Below are positions 40,110 through 51,315 of a stretch of 64,000 nt of DNA, piece by piece. The position numbers and the translations under genes are program-made. The stretch is from Candidatus Omnitrophota bacterium (lineage in GTDB: Bacteria; Omnitrophota; Gorgyraeia; Zapsychrales; JAHFFX01): contig JAHFFW010000005.1 in assembly GCA_023247725.1 (NCBI GenBank), forward strand, positions 25,804 through 89,803, given 5' to 3'. Positions within the stretch are counted from its first letter, which is position 1, and the number at the start of each line of letters is the position of its first letter. The notes beneath the pieces were generated by a model. It did no database searches and was not told the origin of the DNA. It was given only the letters and a program-made list of their open reading frames with translations.

Positions 40110-41877
40110 TTTTTCCATTATTGCCCATATTGACCACGGAAAATCCACCTTGGCCGATCGGTTCCTGCTTTTTACAGGAGCGATTGATGAGCGCAATTTT
40201 CAAAACCAGCTCCTGGATGATATGGACCTTGAACGCGAACGCGGGATTACGATCAAGGCCTCCGCCGTTAAGATCAATTATCGGGCTGACGATGGCCAGA
40301 TGTACGTCTTTAATCTGATTGATACCCCTGGCCATGTGGATTTTACTTATGAAGTGGAGAAATCCCTCAAGGCCTGCGAAGGCGCGCTTTTGGTCGTCGA
40401 TGTGACGCAGGGTGTGGAATCTCAGACGGTTGCCAACTACTTTCTGGCCATTGACAACAATCTGGAGATTCTGCCGGTCCTTAATAAAATCGATATTGCC
40501 AATATCGATATCGATCACGCCAAATTGCAGCTGATGGAGATTTTCAATTTTAAGGAAGAAGACATCTTGCTCGTTTCTGCGAAAGAGGGGATTGGAATCG
40601 AAGCGATCTTTGAAAAAATCATCCACTTTATTCCCTCCCCGGAAGGAGACGAACAGGCCCCTTTGCGAGCCCTTATCTTCGACATGAAATATGACATTTA
40701 CAAGGGCATCATCATTTACGTTCGACTCTTCGACGGGAATTTGTATCCCGGGCTTCCCATCAAGATGATGAATACGGGCAAGGAATTTACGATTGAAGAA
40801 GTCGGGGTGTTTTCTCCGGCGGCGGTCAAGGCCAAGGAATTGGGCTGCGGGGAGGTCGGTTACATCACCTGCAATGTCCATGATCCTCGGGAAGTTCGTT
40901 TTGGCGATACGGTCACTGACCGAAACCGTCCGGCGGCTGAGCCTTTGCCAGGCTATCGGCAACTCAAGCCATTAGTATTCTGCGGCGTTTATCCGATCAA
41001 TGCCAAGGATTTTATGGATTTGCGCGAGGCCATTGAGAAACTGCGTTTGAGCGATCCAAGCTTCGGCTATGAACTGGAAACCTCCCAATCCTTCGGCAAT
41101 GGATTCCGTTGCGGTTTCTTGGGGCTTTTGCATATGGAGGTTGTTCAGGAGCGATTACAACGCGAATACAACTTGAATCTCATTCTGACGACACCCAATG
41201 TCAGCTATCGCGTCATCACCAAAGACAATCAAACCCTGGACATCGAAGGGCCCAACGAACTGCCGGAGGGCGCTCAGATTGCCGGCATTGAGGAACCGTA
41301 TGTCACGATGTCGATTCTCACCCCGGTATCGGCGATGGACAGCGTCATGGAATTGGCCAAGAGCAAAAGAGGCGCCTACATCAAAAGCGATTATGTCTCT
41401 GACCGGATGCGAGTTGTTTTTGAGATGCCGCTTTCCGAGGTCATTGTGGATTTTAATGATCTGGTTAAATCCGCCACGCGGGGTTATGGATCGATCGATT
41501 ATGAATTCAAGGGATTTGTTCCCGCGCAGGTTTCCAAATTGGATATCTTGATCAATGATAAGATCTGCGACGCGTTTTCCTGTCTGGTCCATCGGGAGAG
41601 GGCTTACGAAAAAGGTTTGGCATTGGTGACAAAACTCAAGGATTTGATCCCGCAACAGTTGTTTGAAGTTCGGATTCAGGCCGCCTGCGATGGCCGGATC
41701 ATTTCCAGCGCCCGGGTTAAACCCGTCGGCAAAAATGTGACGGCCAAATGTTATGGTGGAGACATCACCCGCAAACGCAAGCTTTGGGAAAAGCAAAAAG
41801 AGGGCAAGAAAAAACTCAAACAGATCGGGAATGTGGAGATTCCCCAAGAGGCGTTCCTCGCCGTGCTTAAATTATGA
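40087..41877 (+). CDS. lepA: elongation factor 4
   Basis: GTPase motifs (AHIDHGKST, DTPGHVDF, NKID) and the LepA C-terminal domain. Confidence 0.95.
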   Translation: MDKQFIRNFSIIAHIDHGKSTLADRFLLFTGAIDERNFQNQLLDDMDLERERGITIKASAVKINYRADDGQMYVFNLIDTPGHVDFTYEVEKSLKACEGALLVVDVTQGVESQTVANYFLAIDNNLEILPVLNKIDIANIDIDHAKLQLMEIFNFKEEDILLVSAKEGIGIEAIFEKIIHFIPSPEGDEQAPLRALIFDMKYDIYKGIIIYVRLFDGNLYPGLPIKMMNTGKEFTIEEVGVFSPAAVKAKELGCGEVGYITCNVHDPREVRFGDTVTDRNRPAAEPLPGYRQLKPLVFCGVYPINAKDFMDLREAIEKLRLSDPSFGYELETSQSFGNGFRCGFLGLLHMEVVQERLQREYNLNLILTTPNVSYRVITKDNQTLDIEGPNELPEGAQIAGIEEPYVTMSILTPVSAMDSVMELAKSKRGAYIKSDYVSDRMRVVFEMPLSEVIVDFNDLVKSATRGYGSIDYEFKGFVPAQVSKLDILINDKICDAFSCLVHRERAYEKGLALVTKLKDLIPQQLFEVRIQAACDGRIISSARVKPVGKNVTAKCYGGDITRKRKLWEKQKEGKKKLKQIGNVEIPQEAFLAVLKL

Positions 41878-42836
41878 TAAGGCCATTGAAAGATTTTTGT
41901 CTTCTTCGTCCGCGGAATCTTTCCAAGATCACCTCACAACCCGAGGCCTTGTGGAAGAATCTCGTTCGCAGCGGTTATATCGACGGCGAGGGATCCCTTT
42001 TGCCGAAAGCCTGGGAAGTCGCGAAGGCCTCCCATTTATGGGGGGGCTTGCAAAAAATGGAATTCCTATCTCCCGATGGTACGATCCGCAGAAATTTAAA
42101 GGATTTGAAAGGCATGGATCCCCATCTTTGGATAGAGTTGTTGACCTACGGGTTTGTTGATGAAAATGGTGGTCCGTCGGAAAAGTTTCCGGACTTACGG
42201 CAGTCGCAGGATCTTGGGCTCGACAAAAATTTTAGGCCGCAAAAGGCAGAAATCATTAGGATTTTACGAATCGTCCATTTAAGGCTCATGGTTTTCGAAT
42301 GGATTGAATCAGCCATCATTGCCGTTATCCTGGCGCTCATCATTCAAACGCTCGTCATCCAGGCTTTTAGAATCCCGAGCGGTTCCATGCGAATGACGCT
42401 TCTGGAAGGTGATCGGATCTTAGTGAGCAAATTCCGTTACGGTCCGAAGATACCATTCAGCCGTTGGCGGCTGCCGGGAATTTCCCAGCCTAAAAGGGGG
42501 GATGTGGTTGTTTTTATCAATCCCGAGGATCGCAAGCGCGCGTTTATCAAACGTCTCATCGCCGTCGGCGGAGAAACCGTGGAAATTAAGGATGGCAGAA
42601 TTTATATCAATAACAAACCCATCCTGGATGGGCCCATCGTCAATATCTATTACTATAACCAAGATAAATATGGCCATGGCCAAATCAAGGTTCCGCCGGG
42701 AAATCTTTTTGTTTTGGGTGATAACAGCGGCTCCAGCCGCGACAGCCGTTTTTTTGGGTTTGTTCCCTATGAATTGCTCGTTGGAAAGGCCGAACTCATT
42801 TATTGGCCTTTGGACCGGCTCCGGATTATCAAATAA
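41874..42836 (+). CDS. lepB: signal peptidase I with about 150-aa N-terminal cytoplasmic extension
   Basis: SPase I boxes (IPSGSMRMTL, RGDVVVF, IKRLIAVGGETVEIKDGRIYIN, VLGDNSGSSRDSR). The N-terminal region contains an internal duplication. Confidence 0.88.
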   Translation: MIRPLKDFCLLRPRNLSKITSQPEALWKNLVRSGYIDGEGSLLPKAWEVAKASHLWGGLQKMEFLSPDGTIRRNLKDLKGMDPHLWIELLTYGFVDENGGPSEKFPDLRQSQDLGLDKNFRPQKAEIIRILRIVHLRLMVFEWIESAIIAVILALIIQTLVIQAFRIPSGSMRMTLLEGDRILVSKFRYGPKIPFSRWRLPGISQPKRGDVVVFINPEDRKRAFIKRLIAVGGETVEIKDGRIYINNKPILDGPIVNIYYYNQDKYGHGQIKVPPGNLFVLGDNSGSSRDSRFFGFVPYELLVGKAELIYWPLDRLRIIK

Positions 42837-42841
42837 ATATT

Positions 42842-43219
42842 ATGCACCGAAACAGTTTTTTGATTCTTCAAATTGGATTTTTGGCGGCGATGGTTTGCTT
42901 TAATGGTTGCCTTGCTCATCAACAAATCCGACCGCAAGGAGTTCTAAAGCAGAGAGAAGATCTGCCTCAGCAAAGAAAAGATTTGGAATCTGTTGCCAGC
43001 GCCATGAGCGGCCATGAGGTGAATCAACAAGATTTAAAGAAGGTGGTGCAAGATCTCAAAAACGATAAAGACTCCCGTAGCGCCGTCGAATCCGTGAGCA
43101 ATTCCTTAGGCGGTCAGGGATTGGACGTGAAGTACTGTCCGGTCAATGGAAAACGTTTCAGCGCCCGATTGAAACTCTGCCCTCAACACAACGTTCCGCT
43201 TTTGCCTGTCGAAAATTAG
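42842..43219 (+). CDS. hypothetical lipoprotein with C-terminal Cys-pair motif
   Basis: Lipobox-like MVCFNGC, and C-terminal YCPVNGKRF...CPQHN. Confidence 0.45.
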   Translation: MHRNSFLILQIGFLAAMVCFNGCLAHQQIRPQGVLKQREDLPQQRKDLESVASAMSGHEVNQQDLKKVVQDLKNDKDSRSAVESVSNSLGGQGLDVKYCPVNGKRFSARLKLCPQHNVPLLPVEN

Positions 43220-43226
43220 TTCCCCT

Positions 43227-43784
43227 ATGGCCTTGACCTTTGCAAACAAAGTCACGGTTGGCCGGATCCTGATTGTTCCGTTTTTTATTGCGACCTTGTT
43301 ATATTCTCCGGAGCGAACGTACCTGAGGCATGTGGCCTTAGGAATTTTTTTGCTGGCAATGATCTCGGACGTGATCGACGGTTATATCGCCAGAGAACGC
43401 AAGCAAAAAACCCGAGCCGGAGCTATTCTGGATCCTTTGGCCGACAAACTGCTGTTGATGAGCGCCTTTTTATGTCTTTATAAGATCGGCGATCTTTTTC
43501 TGCGGGTGCGTTTTCCCATGTGGTTGGTCGTGGCCGTCATCAGCCGCGACGCCATTCTTTTGGTGGGATCGATGATCATCTATCTTTTTCAAGGAAAACT
43601 GGATATCCAGCCGACCATTTGGGGCAAGGCTACCACGTTTTGCCAGGTGATGTCGATCCTGGGAATCTTTTTTCAGTGGAATTTTTCCGTCTACATTTGG
43701 TCTGTAACGATCGTTTTGGCCACGATCTCCGCCGTTGATTATATCCGTAACGGGATCAAAGTTCTCAATGACCATGCTGGTTAA
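43227..43784 (+). CDS. pgsA: CDP-diacylglycerol--glycerol-3-phosphate 3-phosphatidyltransferase (CDP-alcohol phosphatidyltransferase family)
   Basis: Motif DVIDGYIAR...GAILDPLADK (D-x2-DG-x2-AR...G-x3-D-x3-D). Confidence 0.88.
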   Translation: MALTFANKVTVGRILIVPFFIATLLYSPERTYLRHVALGIFLLAMISDVIDGYIARERKQKTRAGAILDPLADKLLLMSAFLCLYKIGDLFLRVRFPMWLVVAVISRDAILLVGSMIIYLFQGKLDIQPTIWGKATTFCQVMSILGIFFQWNFSVYIWSVTIVLATISAVDYIRNGIKVLNDHAG

Positions 43785-44409
43785 ATTTTTCTTTACCTTA
43801 TTGATGAGTTATTTGATTGGGTCAATCCCGACGGCGTACTGGTTTGGAAAATACCTGAAGGGCCTTGATATCCGCCAGCACGGTTCCGGCAATGTGGGAG
43901 CGACCAATGCCTTCCGGGTTTTAGGAAAAGGCCTAGGAACACTTGTCCTTTTGATCGATATCCTCAAAGGAATTATTACCACAGCGCTCGTAGCGGATGG
44001 TTTTGGGTTGACCGAGGTTGACCAACGGATTATTTTAGGAATTGTCACCGTTATCGGACACAACTGGACCATCTTTCTTCGATTCAAAGGCGGCAAGGGC
44101 ATTGCGACAAGCCTGGGTGTTTTATTGGGATTGATGGTTCGAATTAAAGGGCTTCGCCTGGCGGTGGGGCTTACCCTAAGCACCTGGATTGTCACCTTTT
44201 TGGTTACCGGAATTGTCTCTCTGGCATCGCTGGTTGCTGCTATGGCTCTTCCTATCCTCATGGTGGTCACCCGTCAGCATTTGGAATTGGTCATTCTTGG
44301 TGTCGTCCTATGTGTTTTTGTTATTTATCGACACCGCCCGAATCTCAAGCGCCTGATGGATGGGACCGAATCCAGGGTTTCTCTATCTTACCGACGGAAA
44401 TCCGTATAA
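43768..44409 (+). CDS. plsY: glycerol-3-phosphate acyltransferase PlsY
   Basis: IGSIPTAYWFGKYLKGLDIRQHGSGNVGATNAFR is the PlsY signature. Confidence 0.9.
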   Translation: MTMLVKFFFTLLMSYLIGSIPTAYWFGKYLKGLDIRQHGSGNVGATNAFRVLGKGLGTLVLLIDILKGIITTALVADGFGLTEVDQRIILGIVTVIGHNWTIFLRFKGGKGIATSLGVLLGLMVRIKGLRLAVGLTLSTWIVTFLVTGIVSLASLVAAMALPILMVVTRQHLELVILGVVLCVFVIYRHRPNLKRLMDGTESRVSLSYRRKSV

Positions 44410-44564
44410 TTCCCTCTTCCAGTTTGAATCTCTAAAAAGCCTTCCAAGCTCTCGAATTGGCGAAAACGCTTTCTTTTTTTGTCTGCCCTCACCTTGTCTC
44501 ATCTTCCTGGAATGTTATACTTCGGACGTTAAAGCTCTTCCTTAAAGAAAGAAGGTTTTGAAAG

Positions 44565-44915
44565 ATGCGTAAAATTCTTTATCGCCGAAGTACGTCTTTG
44601 CATAACCGAACCAAAGCGATTTCGGTGGCGGAGACCTCCGAAGACAAAGAGTGCAAGACCCTCGTCAAAAAAACTTTTGTTTATCTCGTTTCCCCAAACG
44701 TAGAGGTCCAAGCACCATCTTCCCAGCCGGAAATTCATATCAAGAAATCTTATGATACGAAAACCAAAGAAGAAAAATTTGGTTTTAAAGTCAAAGGGCT
44801 TTTTTATCTAACCCGGAATCAAATTTTTTATCGCGTCAATTTCTGCCATTCATTGAACATCCATATCACCTGGAAACCGAAAGTCATTTCCTCAAAGTCA
44901 GTCACCCTGACGTGA
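44565..44915 (+). CDS. hypothetical small basic protein
   Basis: RBS AAGAAGG lies 8 nt before the ATG and a strong terminator follows. No homology recognised. Confidence 0.4.
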   Translation: MRKILYRRSTSLHNRTKAISVAETSEDKECKTLVKKTFVYLVSPNVEVQAPSSQPEIHIKKSYDTKTKEEKFGFKVKGLFYLTRNQIFYRVNFCHSLNIHITWKPKVISSKSVTLT

Positions 44916-44946
44916 TGAAGGGCCTTGTGAGTGTGGGCACAAGGGA

Positions 44947-44990
44947 AAATGAGCGCAATGGGTAGAGCCATTGCGCTCATTTTTTTCATT
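44947..44990 (+). terminator. rho-independent terminator (16-bp perfect stem AAAATGAGCGCAATGG / CCATTGCGCTCATTTT, then T-run)
   Basis: Read directly. The stem is followed by TTTTTTCATT. Confidence 0.75.
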
Positions 44991-45277
44991 CGCTACTTTC
45001 ACCATTAAGCAAAAGACCTTGCCTATGGTTCTAATTTCTTGTAAAACTAATACTATTCTTCTACGCAAAAGCAATAGGAATGTTGCTTTTGTCCGCCTTC
45101 GTTCCATTGCTTTCGCTCAAATGCTTTCGCGTTTGAGCTACGAAGGAACGGTCCTTCGAAGACCCAACGTAAAAACATTGGGGCGAAGAAGACCGAAGCC
45201 CCGCCCACGGCGGGGCGAAGCAGAATAGCCTCGAGTTGTACAAGACACGGTTCTAGAAAATTCAAGTCTTAAACCAC

Positions 45278-46030
45278 ATGGCTTTACAAATTACCTTACT
45301 TTTACGCCATAGAAGTTTTCGCGGGTGGTTTAAAGCCACCCTGAGAAAAATCTCTTTATGGGGTTTACTCGGTGTTTGGCTGATCACGGGATGCTCGACG
45401 GTCTCGGTTCCACGATCTCGGGTAAAAAAAGCTCCTGTTCAGACTCCTCCCTCGGCTTTGTCGAAACCGATTCGAAAGGAACCAGCGCCCGCTCCCGCCG
45501 AAACGACCGTCAAACCGCCAACCCAGCCGGCCACGGCGGTTGTATTTGGGAAAACCGATTTCAAGGGCGTTTTAAAAACCAATTATGTTGAGCTCGCCTT
45601 TGTGAATCTCTCCGATGAAGAACAGAAATATTATCTTTATATTGGCGAGCAGTTAGGTCCCAATGTGCTGGCTCTCAACAAAAAGCAAGTCGAACCCGGA
45701 TACTTCTTTCTGAATTTGCCAGTGGGCGATTACCGGATCACTTCCATTTCGATCCCGGTTGGCTCAACGCAGGCGAAGGAAGAAACCCGTCTCACGTTTC
45801 GTTGCACCGCGGGGAAAATCACTTATATTGGAACTTTGGAGGTCAATGGTGTGGGTGAGAAGATCAAATTCGGCGGAATTCCTTTGATCATGCCGGGCTT
45901 TGATTATGAGCTGAATGTTTTGGATGAGCGCCAGGAGGCCTTCCAAGTTTTTCATAAAAAATACCCTTTACGTGAGCAGAAGATTAGTGTTGAATTGATG
46001 CAAGATGAAAGTCCAAAGACTTTTCGATGA
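45278..46030 (+). CDS. hypothetical lipoprotein with Pro/Ala-rich linker
   Basis: Lipobox LITGCS and low-complexity linker (PAPAPAETTVKPPTQPATA). Confidence 0.55.
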   Translation: MALQITLLLRHRSFRGWFKATLRKISLWGLLGVWLITGCSTVSVPRSRVKKAPVQTPPSALSKPIRKEPAPAPAETTVKPPTQPATAVVFGKTDFKGVLKTNYVELAFVNLSDEEQKYYLYIGEQLGPNVLALNKKQVEPGYFFLNLPVGDYRITSISIPVGSTQAKEETRLTFRCTAGKITYIGTLEVNGVGEKIKFGGIPLIMPGFDYELNVLDERQEAFQVFHKKYPLREQKISVELMQDESPKTFR

Positions 46031-46080
46031 TGACTAAGGTTTTCTTTAAGAGGTTTCCCGCCCCGTCGTCAATCCATTCC

Positions 46081-48218
46081 ATGAATCTCTTGAACCGGCT
46101 GTGGTGGCCAGCGCTTTTGCTTTTAGTTTTTTCCCAGACCAGTCCAGCGGACAGCGAAACGATACATGCTGCCCATACTCAGTTGACGCTCATTTCTGAA
46201 GATTTAAGTCTTCAAGCCGGCAGCCAGCAGTGGTTAGGCCTGCGGATGCAAATGGATCCCCAATGGCATGTGTACTGGAAGAATCCTGGCGATTCGGGCT
46301 TGCCGCCAACAATCAAATGGGAGTTGCCATCGTTCCTAGAGGCTGGCCCCATTGAATGGCCTTCCCCGCAAAAAATTTCCCAGCCGCCTTTGATGAGCTA
46401 CGGATACGAGAATGACCTCTTTTTGCTTATTCCGATCAATGTCTCGGCTTCAATTCCAGCGGATAGCCCAGCCATGATAAAGGCCAACGTAGACTGGTTG
46501 GCCTGTCAAGTTCAATGCATTCCAGGAAAGGCCGAACTTTCCCTTCAACTTCCAGTGAAAAATTCCATTCCCGTTAAGAATTCTCCGGCTGAAGAGTTGT
46601 TTGCGGCCAATCGCCAAAAATTACCGCAAAAGGCCGTCGGGTGGCAAATCGCAGCTGAGGATGACGGCCGAGAAGTTCAATTAAAACTTGTTCCTCCCCA
46701 AAACCAACAAGAACAGAAGGAATACTACTTCTTCCCCGAACGGTCGGATCTCTTTGAGCATGCGCAGGAGCAGACACTCAAAAAAACTGGGAAAGGAGAT
46801 ATTTTAAGCCTGCCGCGCTCATCGTTGGTGACCGGAACCATTCAAGAAGTCTCGGGAGTCCTAGTATATAGAGAAGAAAGCCAGGGCCATGGGTTAGAGA
46901 AGGCCATTGCGTTAACCGTTCCGGTAAAAACACCGGTTGCTCAGAAATCTCAGATGAGGGTATTGTACCCTTTCGGTTTGACCCATGCCCTCATTTTTGC
47001 GTTTTTGGGCGGGCTCATCTTGAACCTCATGCCCTGTGTCTTTCCGGTTTTATCCATTAAAATCCTCAGCCTGATTGAGCAGGCAAAAAAACAGGGGACT
47101 CCTGGTTGGAGTCATGGATTTTTTTTACGGGCGGGGTCATCGTTTCATTCTGGGTGCTGGATATCGGGTTACTCATCCTTAAAGCGGCTGGCCGTCAGGT
47201 GGGATGGGGATTTCAATTTCAATCCCCGGTCTTCGTCGTGCTCATGGCTTGTTTGTTTTTCGTGATAGGGTTGAATTTATTTGGGGTTTTTGAATTGGGC
47301 AGCCTTTGGAGAAAATCGAGCAATTCCCGTTCGTCCGGAAACTGGGGGTCTTTTTCCAGCGGGGTTTTGGCCACGATTGTTGCCACGCCGTGCACGGCCC
47401 CCTTTATGGGATCGGCCCTGGGTTTTGCGGTGGCGCAACCGGCTGCCGTATCCTTTATGATTTTCACCAGTCTGGGATTGGGGATGGCCAGTCCTTATCT
47501 GGTGTTAACGCGGTTTCCCCGCCTGTTGCGATTGGTCCCTAAACCCGGTCCCTGGATGATGATTCTTAAACAGTTCTTGGGCTTTTTCCTGATGGCCACC
47601 GTAATTTGGTTAACCTGGGTGTTGGGAATCGACCAAGGTGCCCAGGCCGTGGCCATTTTACTTGTCGGTCTGCTCATTTTGGGAATCGCCGTTTGGATCT
47701 ATGGAGTGGGAAGCGGGGGACTTGCTTCGCGGAAATTTTGGGTCACAATGGTGTCTGTCGTTCTTTTCGGCATTGGTCTGAAAATTGGATTGGGGGCCGC
47801 TGAGGTTGGATCAGTTCCTGGAAAACACGCGAGACCTTTGATGGCCTGGCAAACCTTTTCTCGGGAAAAGGCGAAGGTTCTTTTAAAAAGCGGCCACCCG
47901 GTTTTTATCGATTTTACGGCGAAGTGGTGTCTCACCTGCCAGGTGAATGAACGGATAGCGTTGGAAAATCCTCGGGTGATTGAGCGATTTAACGATTTAG
48001 AGATCGTTGCCTTGAAGGCCGATTGGACCAATTATGATGAAGAGATTGCTTTGGCCCTTAAGGAATATGGAAAAAACAGCATTCCCTTATATGTTTTTCA
48101 CTTGCCCGGAGAAGATCAGCCCCGATTTTTGCCGGAATTGCTGACTCCCGACATCGTGCATGGAGCCTTGAACGATATTGAGGCAAAGATCGACGGAAAA
48201 AGGAACAGGGCCCTCTAA
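46081..48218 (+). pseudogene. dsbD: thiol:disulfide interchange protein DsbD (N-terminal alpha domain, CcdA-like TM core, C-terminal thioredoxin domain), interrupted by a 1-nt deletion in a T8 homopolymer (47119-47126)
   Basis: ORF 46027..47265 carries the DsbD-alpha and TM motif LNLMPCVFPVLSIK. ORF 47106..48218 continues the TM core (ATPCTAPF) and the thioredoxin domain (WCLTCQ). The two are joined by a -1 frame change in TTTTTTTT. Confidence 0.8.
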
Positions 48219-48290
48219 AAATCTGCTTGAATATTGAAAGTTTGTCGCTATACTACTGACCAACGCATAAGTGGCAAAAGGAGAAATCGT

Positions 48291-48902
48291 ATGAAAAGGT
48301 ATTGGCATATTTTAGTCATGCTCTTTGCCCTGGTTTTGGTCACGCATTGGAAGGCGCAGAGTGAGGTCAATATCGGCCGGCCGGCGCCGGATTTTTCTTT
48401 AAGTGACACGCAAGGAAAAAACTATAGTCTGTCCCAATACAAAGGCAAGTTCGTAGTCCTCGAATGGTTTAACTTTGATTGTCCATTTGTGGGCAAACAC
48501 TATAACAGTGGCAATATGCAGAACCTGCAGAAAATTTATAGGGACAAGGACGTCATTTGGCTCTCCATCAATTCTTCCGCAGCGGAAAAGGAAGGTTTTT
48601 ATCCTGCCGATGAGATCAACCGGATTGCTTTAGAAAAAGGAATGAGCTCAACCGCGATCTTACTGGATCCGCAAGGGAAGGTCGGAAAACTTTACGGTGC
48701 CAAAACGACTCCGCATATGTTTGTGATTAATCCCGAGGGAGAATTGATCTATCAGGGGGCCATTGATGACAAACCCAGCGTTGACCCCGCCGATATTGCG
48801 CTCGCCCAAAATTATGTTCAGGCTGCTTTGGATGCGGCCATGGCCGGCGAATCCGTTGTGGTTCCTTCCACGAAATCGTACGGCTGTTCCGTGAAGTATT
48901 AA
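48291..48902 (+). CDS. secreted thioredoxin-fold (redoxin/TlpA-like) protein
   Basis: Signal peptide and a CPFV active-site-like motif (EWFNFDCPFVGKHY). RBS AAGGAG. Confidence 0.7.
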   Translation: MKRYWHILVMLFALVLVTHWKAQSEVNIGRPAPDFSLSDTQGKNYSLSQYKGKFVVLEWFNFDCPFVGKHYNSGNMQNLQKIYRDKDVIWLSINSSAAEKEGFYPADEINRIALEKGMSSTAILLDPQGKVGKLYGAKTTPHMFVINPEGELIYQGAIDDKPSVDPADIALAQNYVQAALDAAMAGESVVVPSTKSYGCSVKY

Positions 48903-48937
48903 ACTGTCAATTGGAGAGAATTGAAGGGGGTTGAACT

Positions 48938-48979
48938 TGGGGCGGCGCCCGCTGGAAAAAAAACGAGGCGGGCGCCGCC
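48938..48979 (+). terminator. GC-rich hairpin (GGCGGCGCCCGC / GCGGGCGCCGCC) with A-rich loop after the thioredoxin-like gene
   Basis: Perfect 12-13-bp stem and no clean U-tract. It may be a bidirectional or stability hairpin. Confidence 0.4.
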
Positions 48980-49000
48980 CGCGTGTGGAATTTTGATTGA

Positions 49001-50641
<1,641 letters not shown>

Positions 50642-50782
50642 GGCCGTTGAAGTCAATAAAAAATTCACAACAACAATGGGCAGCTAAATACTTTATGCTA
50701 AAATACACGGTGTTCGATCGTAAGAACGTCAAAAGTATATTTTTTAGGCTTCATTGATAAAATGACTACAAAGGAGGGTCAT

Positions 50783-51247
50783 GTGTTCGGGCGATTGCTA
50801 CTAGGTTTATTGCTCATCCTTGGTATTTCTGGATGCGCCACCATGAAAAGAGATTCTTCGGCGACAGATCTGCAGGGAAGAGTGAATGAACTCGAGCGTC
50901 AGTTGGAGGAAAAAGACAATGATTTGGCTGATTTGAGAGATCAGATGCAGGGCCTTTCGGAAGAATTGAAATTGAAGCAGAATATGCGGCAACGCGGTGC
51001 CAAGGAAACCTCCAGTGGCCCTTCGGCCTTAAGCGCTTCCCGGGATGGTGCCATCCGCGTCAATGCCAGTGCCCAACAGGTCCAGACGGCCCTGCAAAAG
51101 GCAGGATTTTATTCTGGCCCGATTGACGGAAAGATCGGTGAGAAAACCCGGCGGGCTATTGCCGAATTTCAGAAATCCAATAACCTTAATCCCGACGGGG
51201 TTGTGGGTAAGAAAACCTGGATGGAATTAAAGACCTTTCTTGAGTAA
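50783..51247 (+). CDS. lipoprotein with coiled coil and C-terminal peptidoglycan-binding (PG_binding_1-like) domain
   Basis: Lipobox ILGISGC. C-terminal VQTALQKAGFYSGPIDGKIGEKTRRAIAEFQKSNNLNPDGVVGKKTW. RBS AAGGAGG precedes a GTG start. Confidence 0.7.
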   Translation: MFGRLLLGLLLILGISGCATMKRDSSATDLQGRVNELERQLEEKDNDLADLRDQMQGLSEELKLKQNMRQRGAKETSSGPSALSASRDGAIRVNASAQQVQTALQKAGFYSGPIDGKIGEKTRRAIAEFQKSNNLNPDGVVGKKTWMELKTFLE

Positions 51248-51315
51248 GCCTTATTCTGCGCCCCGCCGTGGGCGGGGCGTAGGAGAATAGAATCTGATCA
51301 TTTGAGACCGAGTCC

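Noticed and set aside
48250-48264. Shared 14-mer ACTGACCAACGCAT upstream of the thioredoxin-like gene (48250) and the NTF2-like gene (60338)
   Set aside because: Several chance 14-mer matches are expected in 64 kb on both strands, and the flanks do not align convincingly.
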